Notes under the pieces: model-generated | What the model saw: only the letters and a program-made list of their open reading frames with translations | What the model was told of the DNA's origin: nothing | Database searches by the model: none | NCBI GenBank assembly: GCA_051313645.2 | Contig: JBNRSN020000001.1 | Coordinates: 105,400,001-105,464,000, forward strand | Direction: 5' to 3' | Source of the DNA: Centroscyllium fabricii | Taxonomy: Eukaryota | DNA length: 64,000 nt | Translations under genes and position numbers: made by a program | Part shown: positions 62,112-64,000 of the stretch, piece after piece | How the letters are laid out: every line of letters begins with the position of its first letter | Numbering within the stretch: position 1 is the first letter of the stretch

Positions 62112-64000
62112 TGTCACAACTCCCAAATAAGCCCAAGGTCCAGAATCAAGGGTTTGGGAGCGTTTTGAACCACTCATAAGTCAGAATTGAATCTGACCCA
62201 CACACCACCCCCTACATAATGGCGACCATGACAGGACCTTGGCAAAAGGGATGTGATGCATTGGACACTGTTTTTGAGGAAAGAACTAAGATGGAGGAAA
62301 GGATTTCCTCTTATGTGTTCAAGAAAGTAAATATCACCAAGAAATGGGTGCTCAGTCTGTTGCGCGCTGAGTGTCCAATAGATGCGGCAGCCAAATGGAC
62401 AGAGAGCAAGGACCATAAGACATCTGTGGAGAAAGCAATCTGGTTGGTATGCTCCCAGTAACAGATCCAGCTTTTGGATAAATGCGTTGAGGCACTGGCA
62501 GAAGAGCTATGGGAATCAGTTCAACTGTCTCATGCAAGGGCTCTAGCAGGGGAAAGGTTATTGGCAGAACTAAACGCGCAAAACCAGGGAAAATTGCAGC
62601 TAGTGGAAACACACAGAAACATATCGGAATAGTTTTGGTGTCAGGTCACTGAAGCCAAAAATAATGAACTGGTGTTACCGGAAGAGAACGCCCGCTTCGC
62701 CAAGCAAGTAAGAGAGCAGGAGGAGAGGTTGAGAGGTGTCCAGGCAGCTTACAAAATAGCAAGCACTAGAGGGTTTGAGGGGGGAGATCACAGCCCCTGT
62801 CAGGAACAAATCAACATTTTGAACCTTGCGCTGTCCAGGGCCAAAGGCATTGTATGCCTAATAAGCCCAGGTGTGGCCCAGCTGGACCTGGAAGTGCAAG
62901 GGGAAACTGTTCGGACACCACCTGTGGCGCCGGGAAATGACCCGGTGCAGCAGCAGGAGGGATGGATGATTTGTGAGGCCGGCAGGGAGTGCCCTCCACC
63001 ACCACCTGTGGCGCTGAGTTTTAACTCGGTTTGGCAGCAGGGAGGGGTAGGCAAGCCAATGCAAGAAGAGTCAGAGCCTGGGCCGATGTGCCCAGTCCAG
63101 CAGCAAAAGTTTGGCCTGCCCGGCGGTGGTGGGGGTCAGGGACCCCTTGAAAGACAATTCGTGGCTCCCTACAGCACCCAACAGCTTAGGGCTATGGTAA
63201 GCCACCTGAGTAAGCTCACCCAAAAGGGGGATCCCTTGATCCACTTCATGGAAGTGGAACAGGCAGCGGGAATTAATGAGTGCCATGACTCCGAAATGGC
63301 AAAGATGCTATTTTTCTCCCTAGATAGCAAACACTACCAGTCCCTCTCTCCGGAGAGCAAGAAGGGGCAGGGCAGTTACGCTGATATAAGGGAGGAAGTT
63401 CTGGAGGTCATGGGTATGAATGATGGAAGCCCCTTCTCCCGGGTGGAGAGGACAACATAGTTAGCAGGGGAGACCGCACAGGCTTTCGCAGACCGACTGT
63501 GGCCGGTGTACAGGAGTGCCTATAATGGGGTTCTCAACCGGGCTCACCTGAGCCAGGATGAGCTGACCCACTGGCTCCGTAGCCTGGTGGCAAACAGCTT
63601 GCCATGGAGCAGAGCCAAGGCAGAGCTGTGGTTTGACCCAAAAGACCCCGGGGTCACCGAGGAGACAGTGGTCAGACAACTGACCCTGGCTTACCGGAAC
63701 AGTAGAGGGACAGAAGAGCATCCACCTAAAGGGAAAGTACACAAAATAAAACCTAGTCACAATCAGAAAGAATGGCACCAGGAAGGGGGTAACCTTTCCG
63801 ACATGAAGCGTAGCGGGAAGAATGGGCATTGGAGAAGGGACTGTAGGAATTCGTGGAAGGATAACACAGGAAAGAACTCCCCAGCTCCTCTCCCAAAAAA
63901 CGGAGACACCGACCTCTCCCCCACATTTGACTCAGTCGTAACTTTATTAAATGGCCCAGGGAATGTGGCCACCGCTACTGGTGCTTTAACCCCATCTGCC
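62112..64000 (+). mobile_element. 5' part of an LTR retroelement: short LTR remnant, tRNA-Arg-like PBS, decayed gag; runs off the window
   Basis: TG..CA at 62112-62216; PBS TGGCGACCATGACAGGA at 62220-62236; proline-rich linker, PYSTQQL, MHR-like GETAQAFADRL, knuckle remnant GKNGHWRRDC. Confidence 0.72.

Overview
Vertebrate genomic DNA, not microbial. The repeat families (DeuSINE/SacSINE1-like, HE1-like V-SINE, shark-type CR1) point to a cartilaginous fish. The only host gene is the 5' half of ephrin-B2 (efnb2) on the minus strand: promoter about 38860-39045, coding exon 1 at 38229-38350 (122 nt) and exon 2 at 12520-12803 (284 nt). Exons 3-5 lie left of the window. The rest is layered mobile DNA: two long decayed CR1 LINEs in intron 2 (one carrying several nested insertions), L2 tails, SINEs, Harbinger-like MITEs with ANT target duplications, four short Penelope-derived copies linked to a hammerhead-ribozyme core, two young compact CsRn1-clade Ty3/Gypsy elements arranged back-to-back upstream of the gene, and the gag end of a third LTR element at the right edge. 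The most intriguing signals are: (i) several unrelated MITEs carry GTAAGT splice donors inside central hairpins; (ii) about 130-nt Penelope-derived inserts with 14-19 bp TSDs begin at a hammerhead core, and one intact core is sense to the efnb2 pre-mRNA; (iii) two independent HE1-like SINE insertions are truncated at the same point. All family names come from recognition by eye, not database searches, and repeat boundaries without a visible TSD are approximate.
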